From an uncultured delta proteobacterium (GTDB lineage: Bacteria > Desulfobacterota > Binatia > Bin18): DNA of 64,000 bases. This document shows, piece after piece, positions 33,634 to 42,353 of the stretch. The stretch is taken from the NCBI GenBank assembly GCA_963733195.1, contig CAVTCR010000050.1, positions 160,001-224,000 on the forward strand, given 5' to 3'. The notes below the pieces were generated by a model. That model was not told where the DNA came from, did no database searches, and worked only from the letters and a program-made list of their open reading frames with translations. A program made the position numbers and the translations under genes. Numbering within the stretch: the first letter of the stretch is position 1; every line of letters begins with the position of its first letter.

Positions 33634-33707
33634 TAGCGGCGGGCGGAATCGAACCGCCGACCTAGGGATTATGAGACCCTCGCTCTAGCCTACTGAGCTA
33701 CGCCGCC
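33634..33707 (-). tRNA. tRNA-Met (CAT), probably elongator; CCA not encoded
   Basis: GGCGGCGTAGCTCAGTAGGCTAGAGCGAGGGTCTCATAATCCCTAGGTCGGCGGTTCGATTCCGCCCGCCGCTA folds as a cloverleaf with paired 1:72. Confidence 0.93.
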
Positions 33708-33746
33708 ACATGAGGAAAGTCAGGTGACTTACAGACAATTGCAGGG

Positions 33747-34095
33747 TCAACTCCGAGGAAGGGTAAGTTGAAGGGTAGTTGTTTGAGCGGTCAACGCACT
33801 TTCTATCCGTTTCGCAGCTTCCCGTAAGTCCCCATCCGACACAATGTGATAGCGGTCAAAGATGTTGCGTGTCTTATGACCACTCATTTGCATTGCTACT
33901 CGTTCAGGGATACCTGCTCTCACCATATTTCTCACTGCCGTTCGTCTGAAGTCGTGCGGAATCCTACCAACAAGCCCCGCTTCCTGGCAAGCCCGGTGCC
34001 AACGCTTGTAGTAGTTCGCAATCTTTCGCCCATAGTCATGAAAAACAAGTGGACACTGAGGATCGCGGGTAGTGTCTTCAATCTGTTGGTATGAG
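33747..34095 (-). pseudogene. Tyrosine recombinase / integrase C-terminal fragment
   Basis: PHDFRRTAVRNM...SGHKT..IFDRYHI (HxxR, H, Y residues); N-terminal part with first catalytic Arg is missing. Confidence 0.88.
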
Positions 34096-34370
34096 AACAA
34101 GCGGCTATGAGGGAGCGAGAGAGGAGAACTGCCGATGGTGGAAGCAGTCGTACGGTGTCCGCACTGTCGAGTGACACGGTAGTGAAGTATGGCCGGGCAA
34201 GTAATGGCAAGGCGCGGTGTCGCTGTCTGCAATAGGTTGACACGCGCCCTCGACATCGAATAGGGTTACCGTCGTTCAACAGACGTCGGCGTCAGCGGGG
34301 CGGAGGCTGAGCCCAGCAAAGACCGTTCGAGCACCGCAGGGGCTGACGCGCGCGCCAAGGAGCCACTGGT

Positions 34371-35792
34371 ATGCGTCATCTGCTTATCCATCTCATCAAT
34401 CCGAAGACCGATTCACTGACCACGCGGCCCCTGTATCTGAATCGGGCCCTGTACTCGCCGCTGGCCGGCTTGCTCGCCGTCGCCGGGGCCCTGCCGCGCG
34501 ATCGCTGCGAGGTGGTGCTGACCGACGAGAACATCGAGGCGATCGATTTCGACCTCAAGGCAGACCTGGTCGGCATCTCCGCCATGACCTGTTACGTGAA
34601 CCGCGGCTACGAGATTGCCGATGCGTTCCGGGAGCGCGGGGTGCCAGTAGTGATGGGGGGGGTGCACCCGAGTTTCATGCCGCAGGAGGCGCTCAAGCAT
34701 TGCGACGCAGTGGTGATCGGCGAGGCGGAGTTAGTGCTTCCCCAACTCCTCGACGACCTCGAACGGGGCGTGATGCGTGGCACGTACAAGGCGGAGAGGC
34801 TGCACCCGATGGAAGGTCTGCCAATGCCACGGTATGACCTGATCAAAAAGAACCGGTATGTGAACCGGACGTTCGTGCAAACCTCCCGCGGCTGTCACCA
34901 GGGCTGTACGTTCTGCGCCGAGCCGCTGATGAACGGGCTCAAGTTTCGCTACCGTCCGGTGGAAGACGTGATCCGCGAAGTCGAGAGCTGCGGCTCGCGC
35001 CTCATCTCGATCAACGATGCCGACTTCTTCGGCACGCCGGAGCGTCCGAAGGAGGTCATGCGCGCCCTCAAGGGGCGGGGCATCCACTGGCAGGCCGGCG
35101 TTACCTCAAAGCTCGCGCAGGACGACCATATGCTCGAGCTTGCGGCCGAGAGCGGCTGCACCTTACTGAGTATCGGCTTTGAGTCGATCACGCGCTCGAC
35201 CCTGACGAGCGTCCACAAGCACGTGAACCGTCCCGACACCTTCGCGGCCTTGGTGGAAAAAGTGCACTCCTACGGGATCATGGTGTTCGGCCTCTTCATG
35301 TTCGGGTTTGACGGCGACGACGGCTCAGTCTTCGAGGAGACCGCCCGGTTCAATATCGACGCGGACTATGATGCCTGCGCCTATTCGGTCCTCACGCCCT
35401 ATCCGGGCACCCTGACCTGGTACGAGATGAAGAAGGCCGATCGCATCGTCTCCTTTGATTGGACAAAATATGACCAGGGAAATGTGGTCTATCGACCGGC
35501 ACAGATGTCGGGTGACGAACTCCGACTCGGGCAGGCCTCTGCCTATGAGACGTTTTACGCGCCGTCATCAATCCTCCGTCGCTTCCCGCTGCGCGGGGGG
35601 CGCAATCGGCTCCAGTGGTCCATCTACAATCTGTTCATGAAAAAAGGTGCAGCGACGGATCGTAAGGAGGCGATTGCCGAGCCGACCATAGCCCCCGCCA
35701 CAGCGCCGATGCCCCCCCTTCTACCGCTCAAGCGGGAGTGGCGCCAAGCGGTGGTGGAAGCGACAGGGGCCGCCGGGCTGGATGGTCAATGA
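34371..35792 (+). CDS. B12-binding-domain radical SAM protein
   Basis: VVMGGVHPS, QTSRGCHQGCTFC (CxxxCxxC), IGFES, LTPYPGT. Confidence 0.92.
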   Translation: MRHLLIHLINPKTDSLTTRPLYLNRALYSPLAGLLAVAGALPRDRCEVVLTDENIEAIDFDLKADLVGISAMTCYVNRGYEIADAFRERGVPVVMGGVHPSFMPQEALKHCDAVVIGEAELVLPQLLDDLERGVMRGTYKAERLHPMEGLPMPRYDLIKKNRYVNRTFVQTSRGCHQGCTFCAEPLMNGLKFRYRPVEDVIREVESCGSRLISINDADFFGTPERPKEVMRALKGRGIHWQAGVTSKLAQDDHMLELAAESGCTLLSIGFESITRSTLTSVHKHVNRPDTFAALVEKVHSYGIMVFGLFMFGFDGDDGSVFEETARFNIDADYDACAYSVLTPYPGTLTWYEMKKADRIVSFDWTKYDQGNVVYRPAQMSGDELRLGQASAYETFYAPSSILRRFPLRGGRNRLQWSIYNLFMKKGAATDRKEAIAEPTIAPATAPMPPLLPLKREWRQAVVEATGAAGLDGQ

Positions 35793-35821
35793 GCCGACGC
35801 CTTGGCGCTAGGCTCTTTTCG

Positions 35822-35921
35822 CAGAACATGGGAGGCAGAGGGTTTTGTTCACCGAAATGCAAAAACAGAGATGCAGTCCAACGGTTTCGGGAACGTCATA
35901 GCGAAGAATTGCGAACCAAGG
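35822..35921 (+). pseudogene. CGNR-type zinc-finger C-terminal fragment
   Basis: RGFCSPKCKNRDAVQRFRER within ORF 35738-36055. Confidence 0.5.
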
Positions 35922-36125
35922 CCCGTGACCAAGCGGGAACGCGTTGTTGTGCACCGTCGCGGGAAGGCCGTTGCTGCTTTGATTCCTTTGGAAGACCTTG
36001 CCTTGATGGAAGAGTTGGAAGACCAGAAAGATATCGAGGAGTACCGGGTTGCTAAAGAGGAGTGGGAACGTGACGGAAGGAAGACGGTACCGTGGGTGAA
36101 GGTCAAGGCGGACCTCGGACTCTAG
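35922..36125 (+). pseudogene. Phd/YefM-family antitoxin, 5'-truncated
   Basis: ERVVVHRRGKAVAALIPLEDL...LEDQKDI...VPWVKVKADLGL. Confidence 0.75.
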
Positions 36126-36129
36126 CTTC

Positions 36130-36220
36130 TTCCCGATCCTATCGGCTCGAATTCACCACGGGCGCGGATCGGCATTCCGCAACTTCTCCAAAGCCATTCA
36201 AGAACGCCTCACCCCTCACC
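36130..36220 (+). pseudogene. RelE/ParE-family toxin N-terminal fragment
   Basis: SYRLEFTTGADRH...PKAIQERLTPH directly after the antitoxin, cut off at the tRNA half. Confidence 0.6.
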
Positions 36221-36263
36221 TATGAGACCCTCGCTCTAGCCTACTGAGCTACGCCGCCACATG
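36221..36263 (-). repeat. 5' half of tRNA-Met plus 5 upstream bases (att site)
   Basis: 43 bp identical to 33670-33712; ends in the anticodon loop. Confidence 0.92.
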
Positions 36264-36277
36264 GTGAAGGAGAGGTT

Positions 36278-36307
36278 TTTATACCAGAGGGGTCAGAGAC
36301 TGGGCAA
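36278..36307 (-). promoter_or_regulatory. Sigma70-type promoter upstream of the tRNA 5' half
   Basis: TTGCCC-N18-TATAAA with TG extended -10, about 20 bp before G1 at 36258. Confidence 0.6.
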
Positions 36308-36394
36308 GTCCAGCGCTCGATTACTGGCCCCAGTTGCGCCATTGCCACTTTCACGCGATCATCGCGCATTCCGCAAGGAAGGAGCGTCACTATA

Positions 36395-37562
36395 ATGAGA
36401 GAAGTCGTTATCGTTTCTGCTGCCCGTACAGGAATTGGCAAGGCGTTTCGAGGCAGCCTCAACAAGACTCATGGAGCAACACTCGCGGCTCATGTCATTA
36501 AGCATGCGGTCGAACGCGCAAAGATTGATCCTGTCGAAATTGAGGACGTAGTACTGGGTTGTGGCCTGCCTGAAGGAGCGACTGGTCATAATATCGCCCG
36601 TGTGGCAGCGTTACGAGCCGGATTGCCGAAAACTACAGCTGGAGTAACGGTCAATCGTTACTGCTCGTCTGGGTTACAGGCGATAAGTATGGCAGCGCAG
36701 AGGATTATTGTCGATGGCGCAGATACTATGGTTGCTGGCGGCGTAGAATCGATCAGCCTCGTACAAGGCTCGCTAAACACTAACAATTTCGTCGAAGAGT
36801 GGATGCATGCGAACCTGAAATCCATTTATTACCCGATGCTCTCAACGGCGGAGATCGTTGCGCAACGTTACAAGGTGTCGCGTGAGTCACAAGATGAATA
36901 CTCATTGATCAGCCAACAACGCACGGCCACCGCGCAAGCCGCAGGGAAATTCAGAGATGAGATCGTCCCGTTCACAACCAACATGGAAGTCACTGACAAA
37001 GCAAGTGGGCAAACCTCTCTTCAGGAAGTAACGCTTTCGCGAGATGAGGGGAACCGTCCAGATACGACGCTTGATAAGCTCACTGCCCTCCCCTCTGTCA
37101 CGAACGGCAGCATTACCGCAGGAAATTCCAGCCAGCTTTCCGATGGTGCAGCCGCCTGCGTGCTGATGGAAGCAAGTATCGCCGCGAAGAAAGGGCTGCA
37201 ACCAATGGGCGTGTATCGTGGTCTCATCGCCACCGGTTGTGAACCTGACGAAATGGGGATTGGGCCGGTGTTCGCTGTTCCCAAACTCCTACAGAGGCAT
37301 GGACTGAAGATGGAAGACATCGGCCTGTGGGAACTACGAAGTTTTTGCCGTGCAGACCTAATTGTCGCGATCGGCTAGGGATTCAATGGAACGATTCGTG
37401 GATGGTGGCGCGATTTCCATCGGTCACCCATACGGCATGAGTGGTGCACGCATGGTCGCCCATGCCCTTGCCGAAGGCAAGCGACGTAGCGTGAAGTATG
37501 TGGTCACAACGATGTGTGTTGGCGGCGGAATGGGCGTCGCTGGTTTATTCGAGGTCAACTAA
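36395..37562 (+). CDS. Acetyl-CoA C-acyltransferase (thiolase); frameshifts near 37335-37400
   Basis: VNRYCSSGLQA, TAGNSSQLSDGA, MGIGP, GGAISIGHPYG, TMCVGGGMG. Confidence 0.9.
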
Positions 37563-37569
37563 AAAGAAA

Positions 37570-37594
37570 AGGGGAAAGGATAAGGGATAAGGGG
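37570..37594. repeat. Left arm of heptamer inverted repeat enclosing the four-helix-bundle gene
   Basis: AGGGGAA AGGATAA GGGATAA GGGG. Confidence 0.85.
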
Positions 37595-37619
37595 TGGGGA
37601 ATAGAAAAGAGAGGCTAAT

Positions 37620-37996
37620 CACCAGCTCTGCTTCTTGCAATGACCTGATCTGCGCTGCCAGAGAGCGACTAAGTTCCAAAAGTGAAGTTCGCAAGTCGTT
37701 GTAGTGGACTTGATCGATGAAGCTAAGATCTATGCAACCCGCAGTAGACTGCGAACTTCTCCGGCGGAGCCCTTGGCGATAAGGAGGAAACGAATGTACT
37801 CCTTACGCGAAGAGCGCTCAAAACCTTCAGCGATGTTTGTCGGAACAGACACGGCAGCTCGTTGGAGTTGGTCGCGCAAGCCAAAGTCTTTGCTCAGCTT
37901 GCCTGCGGCTGTGAGGAAGTATACTTGCTTGACCAACTCAATTCCCTTTTGCCAAACCCGTAGATCTTCAAAATTTTCGATTCTTTTCTTCTCCAT
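37620..37996 (-). CDS. Four-helix-bundle protein (23S rRNA intervening-sequence protein family); frameshift near 37731, end approximate
   Basis: FEDLRVWQKG, DFGLRDQLQRAAVSVPTNIAEGFER, FLLIAKGSAGEVRS; last helix (DLSFID...LLELSRSLAAQIRSL) in another frame. Confidence 0.9.
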
Positions 37997-37998
37997 GT

Positions 37999-38030
37999 CC
38001 CCTTATCCTTTATCCCTTATCCTTTGCTCC
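37999..38030. repeat. Right arm of heptamer inverted repeat enclosing the four-helix-bundle gene
   Basis: CCCC TTATCCT TTATCCC TTATCCT TTGCTCC. Confidence 0.85.
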
Positions 38031-38068
38031 GCTATCTTTGTCTCTATCGGCCAATACACGGAGGACCT

Positions 38069-38950
38069 ATGCCCTCGCTAGGAACGATTGACATCGTTTG
38101 CAACTTATTCACCGAAGAAGAAGTCCGTCTTGGTCGCACTGGTGTAGATGAACATTTCCTTAATCAGGTGCGCTTCCCGCAGGAATTACGTCGCGGAGTG
38201 TCAATAGAAGCCTATCTCGAGAAAATGGACCGTGCCGGAATTCAACGCTCACTCCTCATCGCCGTCCGCGCTGGTGATTTACGCGTTAGGCACTCGTTCG
38301 AAATTCCATACGAGCGGGTCGCAGAGATTTGTCAGAAGTATCCCGACCGGTTCTCTGGTCTTGCGGGTGTGGACCCTACACGCGGGATGCAAGGATTGCG
38401 CGAACTAACCCATGCGGTGCATGAGTATGGTTTTGTTGGTGCGCATCTCTATCCGCATTGGTTTGAGATGGCTCCTGACCATGCCCGCTACTATCCGATC
38501 TATGCCAAGTGTTGTGAGCTTGAGATTCCCATCATGATGCAGGTGGGGCATTGCTTGCGATATCAAAAAGATCGCGTCTTACCGAGTGTCGGTCGCCCAA
38601 TCACTCTCGACCGTGTTGCCATCGATTTCCCTGAACTCACGCTCATTGGCATTCATATTGGTTATCCCTGGACCGAGGAGATGATCTCGGTCGCATGGAA
38701 ACACCCCAATGTCTACATCGGCACCGACGCCTATGCCCCACGCCACTGGCAGTCACCGCTTGTGCAGTTCATTAACACTTGGGGACAAGACAAAGTATTA
38801 TTCGGCACCGATTGGCCGGTGATTGACCCAGAACGAGCAATGGCAGAGGTAGACGGGCTTGAGATCAGACCAGAACCAAGGCGAAAATTATTGCGTGACA
38901 CTGCACTGCGGATTTTTCGCTTGCCAGAGTCCGCAGCAAGGACTAAGTAA
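38069..38950 (+). CDS. Amidohydrolase_2 family metal-dependent hydrolase
   Basis: YPIYAKCCEL, HIGYPW, KVLFGTDWP; ATG 38069 with GGAGG RBS. Confidence 0.88.
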   Translation: MPSLGTIDIVCNLFTEEEVRLGRTGVDEHFLNQVRFPQELRRGVSIEAYLEKMDRAGIQRSLLIAVRAGDLRVRHSFEIPYERVAEICQKYPDRFSGLAGVDPTRGMQGLRELTHAVHEYGFVGAHLYPHWFEMAPDHARYYPIYAKCCELEIPIMMQVGHCLRYQKDRVLPSVGRPITLDRVAIDFPELTLIGIHIGYPWTEEMISVAWKHPNVYIGTDAYAPRHWQSPLVQFINTWGQDKVLFGTDWPVIDPERAMAEVDGLEIRPEPRRKLLRDTALRIFRLPESAARTK

Positions 38951-39005
38951 CGAGGACTGAGGGCCGAGCAAAAAAGAGAAAACTCAGTCCTCAGCACTCG
39001 AAACT
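38939..39005. repeat. Heptamer-periodic inverted repeat hairpin (AGGACTG / CTCAGyn)
   Basis: AGGACTA AGTAACG AGGACTG AGGGCCG AG ... ACTCAGT CCTCAGC ACTCGAA ACT; overlaps the stop codon. Confidence 0.8.
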
Positions 39006-39012
39006 GAAGAAG

Positions 39013-39366
39013 TTACCATTCGAGATCCTGCGGTCGTGGTCCTGGAAGGTTCGGGTCAATCTCCATAGGGGTGGTCTTTAATACTGGTCGGCAGGCATCA
39101 GGAAGTGCTGACAAAAACTCGTCTTGAACGAATTCACTCTCTCCTAGAGTCACGCCATACCCTACACCACCAATCACAGCCATTCCTCCACAGGTCGCGA
39201 TCTTGACCGGAAGCGCAATAATCGTCCCGATGATGCTAAACACCGCACCACCGGTTGCAGTGGGAAGATCGCGCTGTGCCGCACGTACGTTCGCGCCTGT
39301 GAGGAGTTGCACAGAGAACATCATTGCCACTGCTGTCATCACTAGAGTGGTACGTCTCAGTTTCAT
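39013..39366 (-). CDS. Hypothetical exported / membrane protein
   Basis: GGGAGG RBS, signal peptide, Gly-rich hydrophobic core. Confidence 0.65.
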   Translation of the reverse strand: MKLRRTTLVMTAVAMMFSVQLLTGANVRAAQRDLPTATGGAVFSIIGTIIALPVKIATCGGMAVIGGVGYGVTLGESEFVQDEFLSALPDACRPVLKTTPMEIDPNLPGPRPQDLEW

Positions 39367-39572
39367 CGTTGCCTCCCTACGCTACGATCCATCGTATTCT
39401 CTCATTCCGCGAGCAAAGTTACAAGGCGAAATCAGACGTAGCATAGAGAAGGGGCAGAAAACTCTCAACCGTTCCTTACGCGCGTCGCTGAGATGCGGCT
39501 CCGTTTGCTGGTAATCGTATTGTATGTTGATCTGAGGAAGAAAATGACAGTGTAATAGGAAGACTCTCAGCG

Positions 39573-39980
39573 ATGGATGTCACGGAAAAAGGACAAACTC
39601 CTTTCCTACGCAAGAGTTTGTTCAGCAATTGGAGCAAAACGGAATACCTCCTGCTGATGATCGTCAGTCTCTATGTGTGTAGTGCCTGGCTTATCACCCG
39701 CGTGTACGACCGTCCCGAGGCGTTTCGTGGGTTATTGTATGTCCCGGTGTCCGGACTCGCCTTCTTTGTCGTATTAATGACCTACCTCATCACTCGTATC
39801 TTCTGGATCATGATATGGTGGCATCCTTACTATTTGATTCGGACACTCCTGCATGACTTCTCGCAGACGCTCTTAAACCCCAAACGCCTCTTGGGTGCCC
39901 TCCCTCTTACCGCGATGTTTTTTGTTTTTTTCGGGTCCTTTTCCAGTATGAAGAGCATGATTCCGATTATTAACCCTTTA
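39573..39980 (+). pseudogene. N-terminal fragment of a membrane protein resembling PAP2_3-type phosphoesterases
   Basis: Three TM segments ending FFGSFSSMKSMIPIINP, then runs into the convergent gene; no catalytic region. Confidence 0.45.
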
Positions 39981-39997
39981 CGTCTTTCCAATCACCA

Positions 39998-40477
39998 TCA
40001 AAGCTCCACACCAGCATTTCGCAGCAAGGTCTCTAGCTCGGGCATCTGTTGAATGAGCAAATGCAGCAAGTACGGTGTGGCGAGGAAAAGCAGCGCAACA
40101 CTCACTACTACCGTCGTCCACATCCACCGCGCGGTACTGGAGAAATACGTACTCCGCCACAGCAAAGGCAGTGCTAACGGTCCAACAAGCAGCAACATGG
40201 TGACCACATAGGATGGACGATAGTACCAATCAAGCGCATGACCAAAGGCCGCCGCTGTTTTATACGCATCAATCGCGCTGGAGAGCCACACCATTACCAC
40301 CGCCAAGACAACCGTGAGACGGTTTATACTGAAAGCCACACAGCAATTCCTCCCAAGGAGCAAGCAGGATACGAAGATGATAAGACCTTTGCTTCGTTCC
40401 GCATTGTACACTTGGCCAAGCCCAGGAACGACAAGCGAGAGCAGAAACGCAAGGTAAGGATTCTTCTGCGTGGGCAA
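39998..40477 (-). CDS. Hypothetical membrane protein (KNPxLAxLLS..PGLGQ.YN motif)
   Basis: TM2/DUF5683-like N-terminal motif; TTG start with RBS after tadG. Confidence 0.7.
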   Translation of the reverse strand: MPTQKNPYLAFLLSLVVPGLGQVYNAERSKGLIIFVSCLLLGRNCCVAFSINRLTVVLAVVMVWLSSAIDAYKTAAAFGHALDWYYRPSYVVTMLLLVGPLALPLLWRSTYFSSTARWMWTTVVVSVALLFLATPYLLHLLIQQMPELETLLRNAGVEL

Positions 40478-40494
40478 GAAATGTTTGTTCCTGA

Positions 40495-41413
40495 CTATCG
40501 AATGAGGATAGGATTGGAAGCATAAGTGCCGAAGCACTCTCCCGTTCCAGCAGAGCTTGGCGCAACTTCTCCGCACTGCAGTGTAACTGTGATCCCTTCA
40601 CCAGTCCCAGTCCTACAAATAGCAGCAAAGCCTTCTATCAGCTTGGAACCCGGGTTAACATCATCCACCACAGGAACGATCGTCGCGCTAGGGCACTGCT
40701 GGGGAAGAAGCCCCTCTAGACGCGCCGCTAAATTTGCTAGATCTGGTGGGATTGGCTGCAGAGTAATGGGCGTCCCCACTTGCACTGGTAGCGGAAGAGA
40801 GGCTACTGGCGCTAGCGCGGCAGTTACTAACTCTAAGAGCGGGCGGGGATTCATCACAGCCATCAGGAAAATCCCAGAAAGCCCGCGATATGGCAAGCTG
40901 TGCTAGCTTCTCTCCTGTTGTCTTTATTCCCGGACACGGTAGATGAGCAACTGCACTGAGAGTGATGTTCTCTTGCCCGGTCTCTCCTGCTCCGAAGACG
41001 TTTCTAATACCCGCGAAGAACACCTGTGTCGGCACGTCAGTTATTACGCGTACGCCATTGCACGGGGCACTCCCTCCCCACAGGTTCCAGCTTGACGCTT
41101 CTTGCAGTTCTCCACTGGTCTGATTGTAGTTCATCGGGGCAACGTCGTTCGCTGGACTGACACTACTGTTGACCACATTTTTTTCACTGAATGTGTTTGC
41201 GAGCTCCTCGGCTCTGGTCTTCCGATCGCCAGAATCCTCAATTAGTGCCGCTGCAGCCGCTAAGGCTGCAGCGTCTACTCGCGCCTGGCCTTGAGCTCGC
41301 ACAAACACCAGCCAGCCAGTATCAAGCGCAAGGCCAAGGAATAGAAGAAACAGCAGCAATCCCATGGCCACAAAAACCAGTACCACACCACGATCGTTGC
41401 GTACGGTGTTCAT
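40495..41413 (-). CDS. TadG-like Flp pilus-associated protein; frameshift near 40870
   Basis: RGVVLVFVAMGL...LGLALDTGW...DAAALAAA; C-terminus in ORF 40495-40896. Confidence 0.8.
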
Positions 41414-41433
41414 AGTACTTCTCAACTCGGATA

Positions 41434-41908
41434 TCAGGATGGTCTTTGCCATTCCCAACGCATCTCGGCTGTGCGAGAGATTGTGATCGGTCTCAAACCC
41501 AATCAGTTGCAGGAGAAACCAGCCATACTGCCCTTCGATGGTCACCCGAACCGCATCTTCGTTTATATTATCTGAAGGAACAAATTCACTTTCAAGCGTA
41601 AAGCCGTTAAATAAGCCAACATCAGGGATTTTGGCGGATGCAACTTTGAGAATAGAGGGACCACTGCCACAAGGGACGGTACAGGTTCCCTCTTCCCCTG
41701 CCGGAAATCCTCCCCCCCCCACAGAGCGAACAACTGCCCCGGCGCGTGCCCCTTCGCGAGCAGCATTCACAATCACTTGTCCGACAAAGAATGCCAAACC
41801 AAAATCGACAATCCCACCAATGATGACGAGAAGAAAAGGAAGGATGAAAGCAAATTCGATGAGCGCTTGCCCGCGTTTATTGGAGTGAAAGGAAAGGATA
41901 CGGCCCAT
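41434..41908 (-). CDS. tadE: TadE-like pseudopilin; frameshift near 41490
   Basis: RGQALIEFAFILP...DFG...NAAREGAR; alternative frame ends TISRTAEMRWE...TGA at 41434. Confidence 0.85.
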
Positions 41909-42048
41909 AGCCCCTCCGTCTTTCAGCGCTTTGACTTACTAACATACCTGTTTTTGAGATCACTATTCAATTATCTACGACCGCTGTGTACGGTACAGGT
42001 CCAAATGGCACAAAAAGATAGACCACAAATACCCCGGATTTGCAACCA

Positions 42049-42064
42049 AGCAAGATCCTTACCA
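42049..42064 (-). promoter_or_regulatory. Candidate sigma54 promoter for tadE-tadG
   Basis: TGGTAA-GGATC-TTGCT with GG and GC 12 bp apart. Confidence 0.55.
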
Positions 42065-42167
42065 AGGCAGCCACCTGGTCCCATTTTGCACTGCAAAATG
42101 GGAGAAGTTCATAGGGGTTATACCGCAAGTTGCTAAAAAAATAAGCTCCTAAAGAATGAAGTTCTTA

Positions 42168-42232
42168 TGTCACTTTTGTCAAAACTTCTGTCATTTCTGA
42201 CAAATGACAACGGCATGACACAGAGTCTGACA
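42168..42232. promoter_or_regulatory. Candidate enhancer array for a sigma54 activator
   Basis: TGTCA-N4-TGTCA (42168), TGTCA-N4-TGACA (42189), further TGACA at 42205, 42216, 42228. Confidence 0.6.
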
Positions 42233-42264
42233 GTGGAATTGTTGAGAAAATCACCGCTTTCCGC

Positions 42265-42280
42265 TGGCACATAGCATGCT
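42265..42280 (+). promoter_or_regulatory. Sigma54 promoter for flp
   Basis: TGGCAC-ATAGC-ATGCT, correct -24/-12 spacing. Confidence 0.7.
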
Positions 42281-42353
42281 CCCTGTTTCTTTGCATATAC
42301 GACGCTACACTATATGGGGGTGGCACAAATTAATCTGAGAAAGGAGCTCTTTT

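Larger units (their letters stand above)
33713..36220. mobile_element. Decayed integrative island B bounded by the complete tRNA-Met and a displaced 5' half
   Basis: Direct repeat of the tRNA 5' half, integrase remnant, GC-rich cargo gene, toxin-antitoxin debris. Confidence 0.75.

Noticed and set aside
33634-33707. tRNA-Ile2 or initiator identity (tilS is nearby)
   Set aside because: Paired 1:72 argues against initiator, and the GGCGGCG acceptor stem resembles elongator Met; not fully excluded without a covariance model
34265-34365. Possible integron attC site or terminal repeats around the radical SAM gene
   Set aside because: Only 8-9 bp inverted matches (GCGTCAGC/GCTGACGC; GCGCCAAGG/CCTTGGCGC) and no clear RYYYAAC...GTTRRRY pair
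40688-41908. Apparent 406-aa TadE-TadG fusion ORF
   Set aside because: A typical TadE ending (TAEMRWE...TGA at 41434) lies in the adjacent frame and TadG has its own ATG at 41413; one extra base explains the fusion
42321-42337. Second TGGCAC upstream of flp as a sigma54 promoter
   Set aside because: No GC at the -12 position
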